From positions 1-45,008 of the forward strand of contig CAYILT010000003.1 in assembly GCA_964364055.1 (NCBI GenBank): DNA of 45,008 nucleotides, read 5' to 3'. A program made the translations under genes and the position numbers. Shown here piece by piece: positions 1-9,059 of this stretch. How positions within the stretch are numbered: the stretch's first letter is position 1; each line of letters opens with the position of its first letter. The stretch is from an uncultured Nitrospiraceae bacterium. Its GTDB lineage: Bacteria > Nitrospirota > UBA9217. The notes under the pieces are model-generated. The model worked only from the letters and a program-made list of their open reading frames with translations. It had not been told where the DNA came from and ran no database searches.

Positions 1-600
1 GTTCACTACGCGCTCGTTCAATCTGAATCCCGCATTAAAATACAGACTCTAATTAGCCACGATCACTACGATCATTTAGATATTGCCACGTTAAAGCAAC
101 TGACAAAAAATCATAGCCCGATACTATTTGCCGGCCTGGGTGTCAAGCGTTTGTTGGAATCAGCGGGAATGAATGAGGTGATAGAAATGGATTGGCGGCA
201 GGAATATGATTCATTGCCGAGTGATCTAAAGATCATCTTTGTTCCAGCCGGGCATAGTTCAGGGAGAGGGTTTAATAGAAACAAAACGCTCTGGGGCGGC
301 TTCGTCATTACATCCCCTTCCGGCAATGTATATTTTGCGGGCGATACCGCATATGGAGAATTTCTGACTTCCGTAAAAGAAAGATTCGGCGAGTTCCGTC
401 TGGCGCTGCTTCCTCTCGGCCATTATGAGCCCTTTTGGGTAGAAGTCGCCTCTCGTAAATGCTCTATGATAGATTTACCCGGAGCATTCCCTATCCTGAT
501 ACCCTCGCACATGACCTTGTTTCCCGCAGGATTGTCTCTACTCTCTTTAGGGTCGATACCACCGGGGAAAAGTGCAATTCAAGACTTTTTTGCGTCTTAG
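1..600 (+). pseudogene. MBL-fold metallo-hydrolase (NAPE-PLD/RomA-like); 5' partial and probably 3' truncated near 440
   Basis: Frame +1 is open from base 1 and has LISHDHYDHLD, PAGHSSGRG, LWGGFV, YFAGDT and LPLGHYEP. After YEPFW the translation loses family-like character and lacks the expected distal His motifs. Confidence 0.6.
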
Positions 601-790
601 TGGCAAGCTTGGTTCCGGCTTGTCCGAATTGGGACGATCGCGCCTGCAATTTTTTAGGATGAGAAATTGCCAAATTGGAACTTTATGTTGATACTGACGT
701 CGCATATTTGTATCATGCCCGCATGAAGCGGCTGCCGGCGAGGCGTTCTCACCGCGTCCAGCAGTTGATGCGTCCGCGTTCAAAGAGAGA

Positions 791-822
791 AAGGCTGTCA
801 GGAAGAAATTCCTGACAGCCTT
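791..822. terminator. Perfect 14-bp hairpin, possible terminator
   Basis: AAGGCTGTCAGGAA-gaaa-TTCCTGACAGCCTT followed by a weak T-rich tail. Confidence 0.5.
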
Positions 823-837
823 GTTCGTCTCAACGGG

Positions 838-866
838 ATGGTTACGAATGGTTACATGATGGTTGC
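838..866 (+). promoter_or_regulatory. Three phased direct repeats (ATGGTTRC) upstream of nuoA
   Basis: ATGGTTAC 838-845, ATGGTTAC 848-855, ATGGTTGC 859-866, spaced 10-11 bp apart. Confidence 0.35.
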
Positions 867-1081
867 GGAAGTCCTGCCCCTCGTGTCAGCCTGTTACAAT
901 TGGTAGTGGTGAGATCATACACTGATGGATCGCGAGAAGCGCGAAATCGCACCTCTTATCTTCATATAAATAAAATTGAATTGGAAACACAGACAACTCT
1001 GGCTATTATTTCTTTTAAGTGCGGTAAAGCCTCTATGCATTCCGGCTTCCGTATCGAAGCCGTCCGGAGCAGAGGGATCTC

Positions 1082-1618
1082 ATGCTGAATATCTACGGCA
1101 ATATCTTCGTGTTCTTCATTGCGGGCTTCCTGTTCGTGTTCCTGACCATGGCCCTCGTCCGCATTGTTGCGCCCCGGCGGCCCAACCCGGAAAAGAACAA
1201 GACCTATGAGTGCGGAGAGGATCCGGTCGGTTCGGGGTGGTTGAACTTCAACGCCCGCTTCTACCTGATCGCCATCCTCTTCATCATCTTCGACATCGAG
1301 ATCGTGCTCGTCTTTCCGGTGATCGTCCGGTTCCGGGACAACCTCGTCAACGGAAGCGGCATCGCGGTATTTCTCGAGATCTTCGTCTTTGCGGCGGTCC
1401 TGTTCCTGGGGCTGGTCTATGCCTGGAAGAACGGGTACCTCGAATGGCTCCGGGGCGTGCGCAAGCAGCTTCGTGTCGAGGGGCGCATTACGAAGCTCAA
1501 GGACTGGATGGCCGAGCAGTCGCACGAGCAGGGGAGGAAGCGGCTCGCCGAAGCCCGAGCCAGCGTCCAGGAGCGACTGGAGAAGCTGTGGCGGGAGGAG
1601 GGGAAGGATAATGCTTGA
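1082..1618 (+). CDS. nuoA: NADH-quinone oxidoreductase subunit A with C-terminal extension
   Basis: [35 protein letters not shown] motifs; first gene of the operon. Confidence 0.95.
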   Translation: MLNIYGNIFVFFIAGFLFVFLTMALVRIVAPRRPNPEKNKTYECGEDPVGSGWLNFNARFYLIAILFIIFDIEIVLVFPVIVRFRDNLVNGSGIAVFLEIFVFAAVLFLGLVYAWKNGYLEWLRGVRKQLRVEGRITKLKDWMAEQSHEQGRKRLAEARASVQERLEKLWREEGKDNA

Positions 1619-2114
1619 GCGGTTCAACATCGTCGGCCGGCTGTCTGCCGACCCGGACCTGATCCTGACGACGGTGGACAGGGCCGTGAACCTGGCGAGG
1701 GCCAATTCCCTCTGGTATCTTCTCATGGGCCTGGCCTGCTGCTCCATCGAGCTCATGCAGACCGGCGGGCCGAGGGCGGACGTCGACCGCTTCGGCTCCC
1801 TGTTCCGGGCCACGCCGCGCCAGTCGGACCTCATGATCGTGGCCGGCACGGTGACCCTCAAGATGGCGCCGCGGCTGCGCCGTCTCTACGACCAGATGGC
1901 CGAGCCCAAGTACGTCATCGCCATGGGAAGCTGCGCGAACTGCGGCGGGCCGTTCGACCTGAGCTATTCAGTGCTCCGGGGTGTGGACAAGATCATTCCC
2001 GTGGACGTGTATCTGCCGGGCTGCCCGCCGCGGCCCGAGGCCCTGACCGAGGCGCTGATGAAGGTGCAGGAGAAGATCAGGAACGAGAAGTACTTTCTGA
2101 AGAAGGAAGCGTGA
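1611..2114 (+). CDS. nuoB: NADH-quinone oxidoreductase subunit B
   Basis: [36 protein letters not shown] 1611 overlaps the nuoA stop. Confidence 0.96.
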   Translation: MLERFNIVGRLSADPDLILTTVDRAVNLARANSLWYLLMGLACCSIELMQTGGPRADVDRFGSLFRATPRQSDLMIVAGTVTLKMAPRLRRLYDQMAEPKYVIAMGSCANCGGPFDLSYSVLRGVDKIIPVDVYLPGCPPRPEALTEALMKVQEKIRNEKYFLKKEA

Positions 2115-2117
2115 GGC

Positions 2118-2639
2118 ATGGAGCGGCTTAAGCTCAGCGAAATACTCCGGCAGAGGCTGTCCGATGCGGTCTTGTCCGTAGAGGAAATGAAGAACGACGA
2201 CACTCTGGTCGCGGTTGATAAGGACAGCCTCGTTTCCGTGGCGGAGCTCCTGAAGAACGACCGGGACCTCGGGTTCACGACTCTCATGAACCATCTCGGC
2301 GTCGATTACCGGGACCGCATGGCGGTGATCTACAATCTGTATTCCGCGCGCCTCCGGAAGAAGGTGACGATCAAGGCATACCTGGATCGGGAACATCCCG
2401 AGGCCCCGACCCTCGAACCGGTATTTCCCGGCATCAGCTGGTACGAACGCGAGACCTACGACATGCTCGGCATCCGGTTCATCGGCCACGGTAATCTGAA
2501 ACGGCTGCTCCTTCCCGAGGACTGGGAGGGGTTTCCGCTCCGGAAGGACTACGTCTATCCCGAATCGTACAACGGCATCGAGACAAAGCGCGCCGATCTT
2601 CTCGATGAACCGGGCGCGGCAGGGGATGCCCATGTCTAA
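2118..2639 (+). CDS. nuoC: NADH-quinone oxidoreductase subunit C
   Basis: WYERETYDMLGIRFIGH and LLLPEDWEGFPLRKDY. Confidence 0.95.
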   Translation: MERLKLSEILRQRLSDAVLSVEEMKNDDTLVAVDKDSLVSVAELLKNDRDLGFTTLMNHLGVDYRDRMAVIYNLYSARLRKKVTIKAYLDREHPEAPTLEPVFPGISWYERETYDMLGIRFIGHGNLKRLLLPEDWEGFPLRKDYVYPESYNGIETKRADLLDEPGAAGDAHV

Positions 2640-3756
2640 GTATTCGTCCCAGGAAATGGTCCTGAACATGGGGCCGCATCACCCCAGCACTCATGGCGTG
2701 CTGCGCTTCGTGCTTCAGACCGACGGCGAGATGATCGTGAAGGCCGTGCCGGACGTCGGGTTCCTGCACCGGGGCATCGAGAAGATCGCCGAACGCGTGC
2801 CCTGGCAGGCGTTCATGCCGTACACGGACCGCATCGACTACGTGGCGTCCGTGAACTGCAACCTGGGCTACGCCGCGGCCGTTGAGCGGCTGGCCGGGAT
2901 CGCCGTGCCGGAGAAGGCCGAGTACCTGCGGGTCATCGCCGCCGAGCTTTCGCGCATTGGGAGCCACTTCATCGGCGTCGGCGCCCTGCTCCTGGACCTG
3001 GGCGCGGTGACGCCCTTCGTGCACGCACTGCGGGAGCGGGAAACCTTCAACGATCTCATGGAGATGCTCTGCGGCGCGCGCCTCACGCACAACTACGTCA
3101 GGATCGGCGGCGTGTCCCACGACCTCCCCCGGGGATTCCGGGAGAAGTGTCTCGCGTTCGTGGACCATCTGGAGCACGAGTTCCTGGAGGAGTTCAACGA
3201 CCTGATCTCCTTCAACACGATCCTGATCAACCGGCTGGCGAACGTGGGCGTGATCTCCGCGGAGACGGCGAACGAGTATACCCTCACCGGTCCGAACCTC
3301 CGGGGCTCGGGCGTTCCGTTCGACCTCCGCAGGGACGAACCCTATTCCATCTACGACCGGTTCCGGTTCGACATCCCCGTGGGCACGGGCAAGTTCGGCG
3401 TCCCGGGAGACTGCTACGACCGGTACTGGGTCAGGATCCTGGAAGTGACCCAGTCCTGCCGGATCATCCGCCAGGCCCTGGAGCAGATGCCGGGGGACGG
3501 CGGGATCAGGACCGTGCTGCCCAGGCCCTTTACGGTCCCGGCGGGCGAGATCTATGTCAGGACCGAGAGCCCCCGGGGAGAGCTGGGCTACTATCTCATC
3601 AGCGACGGCGGGAAGAGCCCCTTCCGGGTGAAGATCCGGACGGGCTCGTTTTCCGCCATGACCATCGTTGAAACGATCAGCCAGGGCGTCATGGTGGCGG
3701 ACCTCGTGGCCATCATCGGGAGCCTAGACGTGGTGGCGCCTGAGATTGATAGGTAA
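2632..3756 (+). CDS. nuoD: NADH-quinone oxidoreductase subunit D
   Basis: NMGPHHPSTHGVLR, GFLHRGIEK, DRIDY, ESPRGELG, C-terminal EIDR; no NiFe-binding cysteines. Confidence 0.96.
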   Translation: MSKYSSQEMVLNMGPHHPSTHGVLRFVLQTDGEMIVKAVPDVGFLHRGIEKIAERVPWQAFMPYTDRIDYVASVNCNLGYAAAVERLAGIAVPEKAEYLRVIAAELSRIGSHFIGVGALLLDLGAVTPFVHALRERETFNDLMEMLCGARLTHNYVRIGGVSHDLPRGFREKCLAFVDHLEHEFLEEFNDLISFNTILINRLANVGVISAETANEYTLTGPNLRGSGVPFDLRRDEPYSIYDRFRFDIPVGTGKFGVPGDCYDRYWVRILEVTQSCRIIRQALEQMPGDGGIRTVLPRPFTVPAGEIYVRTESPRGELGYYLISDGGKSPFRVKIRTGSFSAMTIVETISQGVMVADLVAIIGSLDVVAPEIDR

Positions 3757-4150
3757 ATTCCAAATAACAAGCGCCAATTCACAAATTCGAAACGTTTGGA
3801 ATTTGCCTTGTGAGATTTGGGAATTTATTTGTTATGGTTCATTCGTAATAACGTTGAAAAGGCAAGGTATGACCACAGAAACAAAGGCTCGGAAAAAACT
3901 TATCCACAGATTCCGCAGATCATTCGACAGGCTCATGATGCTGAGCAACGTCGAAGCATTGACGCAGATTTAGTCTTTAACCAGGGTTCAGGACGGTCGT
4001 TTTTAATCTGCGTAATCTGTGTCGCTTAGAAGCGCCTACTTTTGGAATCTGCGGACGAATTTAAGCCTTTCTCGGCTTCTGGTTTGTTCAGCTTTTTTCA
4101 ATCAAAATACGAAAGACCCTTTGTTATTTGATGCTTGTCATTTGGAGCTT
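3755..4150. repeat. Nested inverted short-repeat spacer between nuoD and nuoH
   Basis: Outer heptad-like arms 3755-3785 and 4120-4150 match 24/31 as reverse complements. Inner CAGATT/AATCTG 9-mer arms enclose a TTCGACAGGCTCA...TGAGC...GTCGAA hairpin. Confidence 0.7.
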
Positions 4151-4160
4151 GTCTCAAATT

Positions 4161-5267
4161 ATGTACAGCGCGGCGAACACAGTATACGGCATCCTGCATG
4201 ACTCTCTTGCCGCCATCGGCATTCCCGGGGCCGTGATCACCCTTGTCGCGTACGCTATCCCCTGCGGCGTGGTGATCGGGATTATCGGCCCGATCGCGGG
4301 CATGCTCACCTACGCGGAGCGCAAGATCTCGGCGGACATCCAGAACCGCGTGGGACCGAACCGCGTGGGGCCCTTCGGACTGCTCCAGTTCCCGGCTGAC
4401 GGGATCAAGCTTCTCCTGAAGGAGGACATCATCCCCGACGCCGCGGACAAAAAGCTCTTCAAGCTTGCGCCCTATCTTGTGTTCTCCTCCACGGTGCTGG
4501 CGTCCCTGGTGATCCCCTTCGGCGGGTCTTTTATCGTGGCGGACCTGAACATCGGGCTCATTTTTATCATCGTGGTGAGCTCTCTTCTGGTCGTGGGGTT
4601 TCTCATGTCCGGGTGGGCGTCGAACAACAAGTGGGCGCTTCTGGGCGGCATCCGCTCGGCGGCCCAGATCATCAGCTACGAGATCCCCACGGCCCTGTCG
4701 CTCCTGACGGTGGTCCTGATCGCCGGCACGTTCTCGATGCAGGAGATCGTCATGGCCCAGGGACCCTGGCCGTGGCAATGGTTCCTGTTTCACAACCCCT
4801 TCACGTTCGTGGCCTTCTTTATATTCTTTGTCTCGAGCCTGGCCGAGATGAACCGGACGCCCTTCGATTTTCCCGAGGCCGAGTCCGAACTCGTCTCGGG
4901 CTACAATGTTGAGTACTCCGGCATGCGTTTCGCCCTGTTCTTTGCCGCCGAGTTCGCAAGCATCTTCATCATCGCCTCGCTGGGCGCCGCCGTTTTCCTG
5001 GGCGGCGGCAACATCGGCATGGACCCCTACGCCAGCGGGCTGGGGTACCAGCTTCTGATGGTCCTCGTCTTCTTTACCAAGGCGATTTTCCTCTGCCTGG
5101 TCACCATCTGGGTGCGCTGGACCCTTCCCCGCCTGCGGATCGACCAGATGCTGTCTCTCTGCTGGAAGTATTTCATCCCCATCGCCTTCGTCTGTCTCGT
5201 GATGACGGCGGCCTGGATGCTTGTCTTCGGCGGCAACGGGATTTTCTGGAGGATGCCGAAGATATGA
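4161..5267 (+). CDS. nuoH: NADH-quinone oxidoreductase subunit H
   Basis: ERKISADIQNRVGPNRVGPFG, ADGIKLLLKE, AEMNRTPFDFPEAESELV, WTLPRLRIDQ. Start codon uncertain. Confidence 0.95.
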   Translation: MYSAANTVYGILHDSLAAIGIPGAVITLVAYAIPCGVVIGIIGPIAGMLTYAERKISADIQNRVGPNRVGPFGLLQFPADGIKLLLKEDIIPDAADKKLFKLAPYLVFSSTVLASLVIPFGGSFIVADLNIGLIFIIVVSSLLVVGFLMSGWASNNKWALLGGIRSAAQIISYEIPTALSLLTVVLIAGTFSMQEIVMAQGPWPWQWFLFHNPFTFVAFFIFFVSSLAEMNRTPFDFPEAESELVSGYNVEYSGMRFALFFAAEFASIFIIASLGAAVFLGGGNIGMDPYASGLGYQLLMVLVFFTKAIFLCLVTIWVRWTLPRLRIDQMLSLCWKYFIPIAFVCLVMTAAWMLVFGGNGIFWRMPKI

Positions 5268-5725
5268 GCGCCGTGATGCGGTATTTCAAGAATATCAGGG
5301 ACGCCGTCGCAACCACGCTCACGGGCATGAAGATCACCCTCCGGTACTGGGTGAAGGAGCCCGCCATCACCGTGGAATATCCCGACCGGCTGGGCGCGGG
5401 AAAGACCGCCGACGATATCGTTTCGGACCGGTACCGGGGATTTCTGAAGATGGAGGCTGGAAAATGCATCGCGTGCATGCAGTGCATGCGGGCCTGTCCC
5501 ATCAACTGCATCAGGGTCGCCGTCGAAAAAGCGCAAGAGACTCGGATGCTGACGCGCTTCGGCGTGAACCAGGCAAAGTGCATGCACTGCGGCCTCTGCG
5601 TGGAAGCGTGCCCGTCGGAGGCCCTGGTGTTCAGCAGGCGGTTCGAAGGCGCGAGCTACGACATCCGGGATCTCTGCATCGAGCACATTGCCGCGCCCGT
5701 GCCCGTTGCCCGGCTCCGGAAATGA
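5264..5725 (+). CDS. nuoI: NADH-quinone oxidoreductase subunit I (2x[4Fe-4S])
   Basis: TVEYPD, CIACMQCMRACP and CMHCGLCVEACP. Confidence 0.93.
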   Translation: MSAVMRYFKNIRDAVATTLTGMKITLRYWVKEPAITVEYPDRLGAGKTADDIVSDRYRGFLKMEAGKCIACMQCMRACPINCIRVAVEKAQETRMLTRFGVNQAKCMHCGLCVEACPSEALVFSRRFEGASYDIRDLCIEHIAAPVPVARLRK

Positions 5726-5850
5726 CCGTCTTGCAAAAACCCTGCTTCTCCACAGGGTTACAGAGGACACGGAAAAAAGGCCGTATCGTATTTCTTTCTT
5801 CGGTGTCTCAGTGTCTTCGCGGCGGATGGTGACTTTTTACGATTGTATCG
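5723..5850. mobile_element. Degenerate MITE-like element, same family as 41009-41141
   Basis: TGACCGTCTTGCAAAAACC...GACTTTTTACGATTGTATC ends, with internal GAGGACAC / GTGTCTTC arms. Confidence 0.55.
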
Positions 5851-5866
5851 AAAACAGGAAGGAACC

Positions 5867-6379
5867 ATGACCATCGGCCTGAAAGAGCTCGTATTTGTGA
5901 GTGTGGCGCTGTTGACAACGCTGCCCTGTCTGATCGTGGTGTTCTCGCGGAACATTCTGTACTCGGCCTTTGCCCTGTTCTTCACGTTCCTGGGCACGTC
6001 GGGGCTCTATTTCTTCCTGGACGCCGAGTTCCTTGCCATCGCCCAGGTGGTGGTGTACATCGGCGGCGTGTCGGTGCTGCTGCTCTTCGCGATCCTGCTC
6101 ACGAAGAACATCGACGAGATCCGGAAGACCAACATGATGTCCGGCTGGAGGATGGCGCTGGCAGGAGCCGCCGTTCTCGCGCTGGCCGGTTCCTTCGGAT
6201 ATGCCCTCCGGGGGGCCGTCTGGGCGCGGGGAGGGAACAGCGTGTATCCCGCCACGACCATCAAGGGACTGGGCGATCTCCTGCTGAGCAAGTACCTGCT
6301 GCCCTTCGAGGCGGTGTCCATCCTCCTCCTGGCGGTCCTGGTGGGGAGCCTGGTCATTGCCCGGAGGTCGGTGAAGTAA
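5867..6379 (+). CDS. nuoJ: NADH-quinone oxidoreductase subunit J
   Basis: AEFLAIAQVVVYIGGVSVLLLF and YLLPFEAVSILLL. Confidence 0.95.
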   Translation: MTIGLKELVFVSVALLTTLPCLIVVFSRNILYSAFALFFTFLGTSGLYFFLDAEFLAIAQVVVYIGGVSVLLLFAILLTKNIDEIRKTNMMSGWRMALAGAAVLALAGSFGYALRGAVWARGGNSVYPATTIKGLGDLLLSKYLLPFEAVSILLLAVLVGSLVIARRSVK

Positions 6380-6417
6380 AACAGACGACGGAAAAGACGG
6401 TCGAGAAAGGCGGCGCC

Positions 6418-6729
6418 ATGGAAATAACCGGGATCACCAGCTATCTGATCATCAGCTTCCTCCTGTTCCTGGCGGGGCTGCTCACCGTGGTCTCGAAGCG
6501 GAACATCATCGGCATTTTCATGGGCATCGAACTGGTCCTGAACTCGGCGGCCCTGAACTTCGCGGCTTTCAGCAAGCTGACCGCGCGGAACCTCGAAGGC
6601 CAGATGGTCTCGCTCTTCGTGATCGTGCTCGCGGCCGCCGAGGCGGCCATTGCGCTGGCGCTGCTCCTTGCCATCTATAAACGGTACCGGGATATTAATG
6701 CGGACAATCTGACGACGTTGAAATGGTAA
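6418..6729 (+). CDS. nuoK: NADH-quinone oxidoreductase subunit K
   Basis: MGIELVLNSAALN and VLAAAEAAIALA. Confidence 0.95.
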   Translation: MEITGITSYLIISFLLFLAGLLTVVSKRNIIGIFMGIELVLNSAALNFAAFSKLTARNLEGQMVSLFVIVLAAAEAAIALALLLAIYKRYRDINADNLTTLKW

Positions 6730-6864
6730 GCCTGGACATATCGCGCAGCGATGCAGAGGCTCGGAGGCAATAAGGCAAGGAGACTAAGAATTGAGACCTC
6801 TTGATGTCAGCCCGTGTTCTTGTATTTTTTACCGTGTTCATCCGTGGTTCAACTTCTCATCATT

Positions 6865-8958
6865 ATGAAACATTTTTTCGAAACATACGGCTTCCTGATC
6901 GTCCTGTTCCCGCTCCTGGGGGCGGCGGTGAACGGCCTCCTCGGGCGGCGCATCCAGGCGAGGTACGGAGAAAAGGCCGTCGGCTATCTTGCCTGCGGGT
7001 CCGTGCTGCTCTCGTTCCTGCTCTCCCTGGCCGCCTTCCTGACGGTCGCGAACAACAACGGCCAGGCCGTGGTGAGCCAGGTCTACACCTGGCTGGAAGC
7101 AGGCAGCCTCAAAGCCGACGCGGCCTTCCTCTTCGACCCCTTGAGCACGGTGATGCTCCTGATCGTCACCGGCATCGGCTTTCTGATCCACGTCTACTCC
7201 ACGGCCTACATGAAGGGCGATCCCGGCTTTTCCCGGTACTTCGCGTACCTGAACCTCTTCGTCTTCTCCATGCTCGTGCTGGTGCTGGCCGAGAACGCGC
7301 TCCTCATGTTCATCGGCTGGGAGGGGGTGGGCCTCTGCTCCTACCTGCTGATCGGGTTCTGGTTCCAGGAACGGGAGAACGCCTCCGCGGCGAACAAAGC
7401 GTTCATCGTCAATCGCGTGGGTGATCTCGGGTTCATCGTCGGCCTCTTCCTCCTCTACTGGTCCCTTTCCGAGGCGGCCGGCCCCCTCGCGGAAGGAGCG
7501 TCGGTCCTGAGCTTTCCCTTCCTCGCCGAACACGTTCATCTGATCAAGGACGCGTCTCTCTTCGGCGCGGGTGCGGCGACCGTCATCTGCCTCTGCTTGT
7601 TCGTGGGGGCCACAGGCAAGTCCGCCCAGATCCCGCTCCATGTCTGGCTTCCGGATGCCATGGCCGGCCCCACGCCGGTGAGCGCCCTGATCCACGCGGC
7701 CACCATGGTGACCGCCGGCGTGTATATGATCGGCAGGCTCCATTTCCTGTTCTCCCTGAGCGGCACGGCCATGGCGGTGATCGCCGTGACGGGCGCGGTC
7801 ACGGCCCTCTTCGCCGCGACCATAGGCTGCGTCCAGACCGACATCAAAAAGATCCTGGCCTATTCCACGGTGAGCCAGCTCGGTTACATGTTCCTGGCCA
7901 TGGGTGTCGGCGCGTTCTCAGCAGGCATCTTTCACGTTGTGACCCACGCTTTTTTCAAAGCATGCCTGTTTCTGGGGGCAGGGAGCGTGATCCTCGGCAT
8001 GCACCACGAGCAGGATATTCGCAACATGGGCGGGCTCAGGAAACACCTGCCCAGGACCTTTGCGTCCTTCGGTCTCGCAACCATTGCGATCATGGGCATT
8101 CCGCCCTTCTCGGGTTTTTTCAGCAAGGACGAGATCTTGTGGCAGGCCTACAGCAGCGAGCACGGTCATCCCGCGTTGTGGTTCATCGGGTTCCTGACCG
8201 CAGGCATCACGGCCTTCTACATGTCGCGGCTTCTCTTCCTGACGTTTTTCGGCGAGAACCGGAGGCGGCAGGCTGTCCGTGACGGGCATCATGCTGTTGA
8301 ACACGAAACGCGTGGGCATCATGATGCCCACGCGATCAGGGAATCCCCCGCGGCCATGACCGTGCCGCTCGTGATTCTTGCCGTCTTCTCGATCATTGCA
8401 GGCTTCGCGGGCGTGCCCGAGTCCCTGGGCGGTTCGGACCGCTTTGCCGGATACCTCGGCGCTGTTTTCGGAAATCATGGCCCCCAGGGTTCGCATGATC
8501 CCGTGGAGTACGCGCTCATGCTGGCCTCCATCGTTGCGGTACTGGCGGGGGGCTGCCTGGCATACCTGTTCTACGTGAAAAATCCCAGGCTTCCGGCGCT
8601 GCTGGCGGAGAAACTGAGGCGGCCCTACAGACTCGTGTACAATAAGTATTACGTTGACGAGATCTACGACGTTGTCTTTGTCTCAGGAACCAAGGCGACC
8701 TCGAAGGCGCTCGCCCTCTTCGACAAATACGCCATCGACCTCGTCGTGAACCTGAGCGGCCTCGTGCTCAGGACCCAGTCCCGGATCGCCGGCTGGTTCG
8801 ACGAGCGATTCATAGACGGCGCCGTGAACCTGGTGGCGGACGCAACGCTTTCCTTCGGGGATCGGGTGCGGAAGGTCCAGACCGGCAGGGTGCAGGTTTA
8901 TATCCTCGTTCTGGTTTTGATGGTGGCGCTGGTGATCGTGGTGAACGTAGTGATGTGA
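6865..8958 (+). CDS. nuoL: NADH-quinone oxidoreductase subunit L
   Basis: GWEGVGLCSYLLIGFW, GKSAQIPLHVWLPDAMAGPTPVSALIHAATMV, KILAYSTVSQLG, NKYYVDEIY. Confidence 0.97.
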   Translation: MKHFFETYGFLIVLFPLLGAAVNGLLGRRIQARYGEKAVGYLACGSVLLSFLLSLAAFLTVANNNGQAVVSQVYTWLEAGSLKADAAFLFDPLSTVMLLIVTGIGFLIHVYSTAYMKGDPGFSRYFAYLNLFVFSMLVLVLAENALLMFIGWEGVGLCSYLLIGFWFQERENASAANKAFIVNRVGDLGFIVGLFLLYWSLSEAAGPLAEGASVLSFPFLAEHVHLIKDASLFGAGAATVICLCLFVGATGKSAQIPLHVWLPDAMAGPTPVSALIHAATMVTAGVYMIGRLHFLFSLSGTAMAVIAVTGAVTALFAATIGCVQTDIKKILAYSTVSQLGYMFLAMGVGAFSAGIFHVVTHAFFKACLFLGAGSVILGMHHEQDIRNMGGLRKHLPRTFASFGLATIAIMGIPPFSGFFSKDEILWQAYSSEHGHPALWFIGFLTAGITAFYMSRLLFLTFFGENRRRQAVRDGHHAVEHETRGHHDAHAIRESPAAMTVPLVILAVFSIIAGFAGVPESLGGSDRFAGYLGAVFGNHGPQGSHDPVEYALMLASIVAVLAGGCLAYLFYVKNPRLPALLAEKLRRPYRLVYNKYYVDEIYDVVFVSGTKATSKALALFDKYAIDLVVNLSGLVLRTQSRIAGWFDERFIDGAVNLVADATLSFGDRVRKVQTGRVQVYILVLVLMVALVIVVNVVM

Positions 8959-9059
8959 TAGGGAAAAGTTTTTTGCCACGGATGAACACGGATGAAGGCA
9001 AGCCTCTCATTCCGCTATCCGCATTCCGAATTCCGCAATGATTTACTGGAGGACGTCTC

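Noticed and set aside
1611-3756. Group 4 [NiFe]-hydrogenase or Ech-like complex
   Set aside because: The large subunit has DRIDY and terminal DVVAPEIDR instead of the two CxxC Ni-binding motifs, so it is NuoD.
3757-4160. nuoEFG remnants or the small ORFs listed in the track
   Set aside because: No Fe-S or flavin motifs; the ORFs are translations of repeat arrays.
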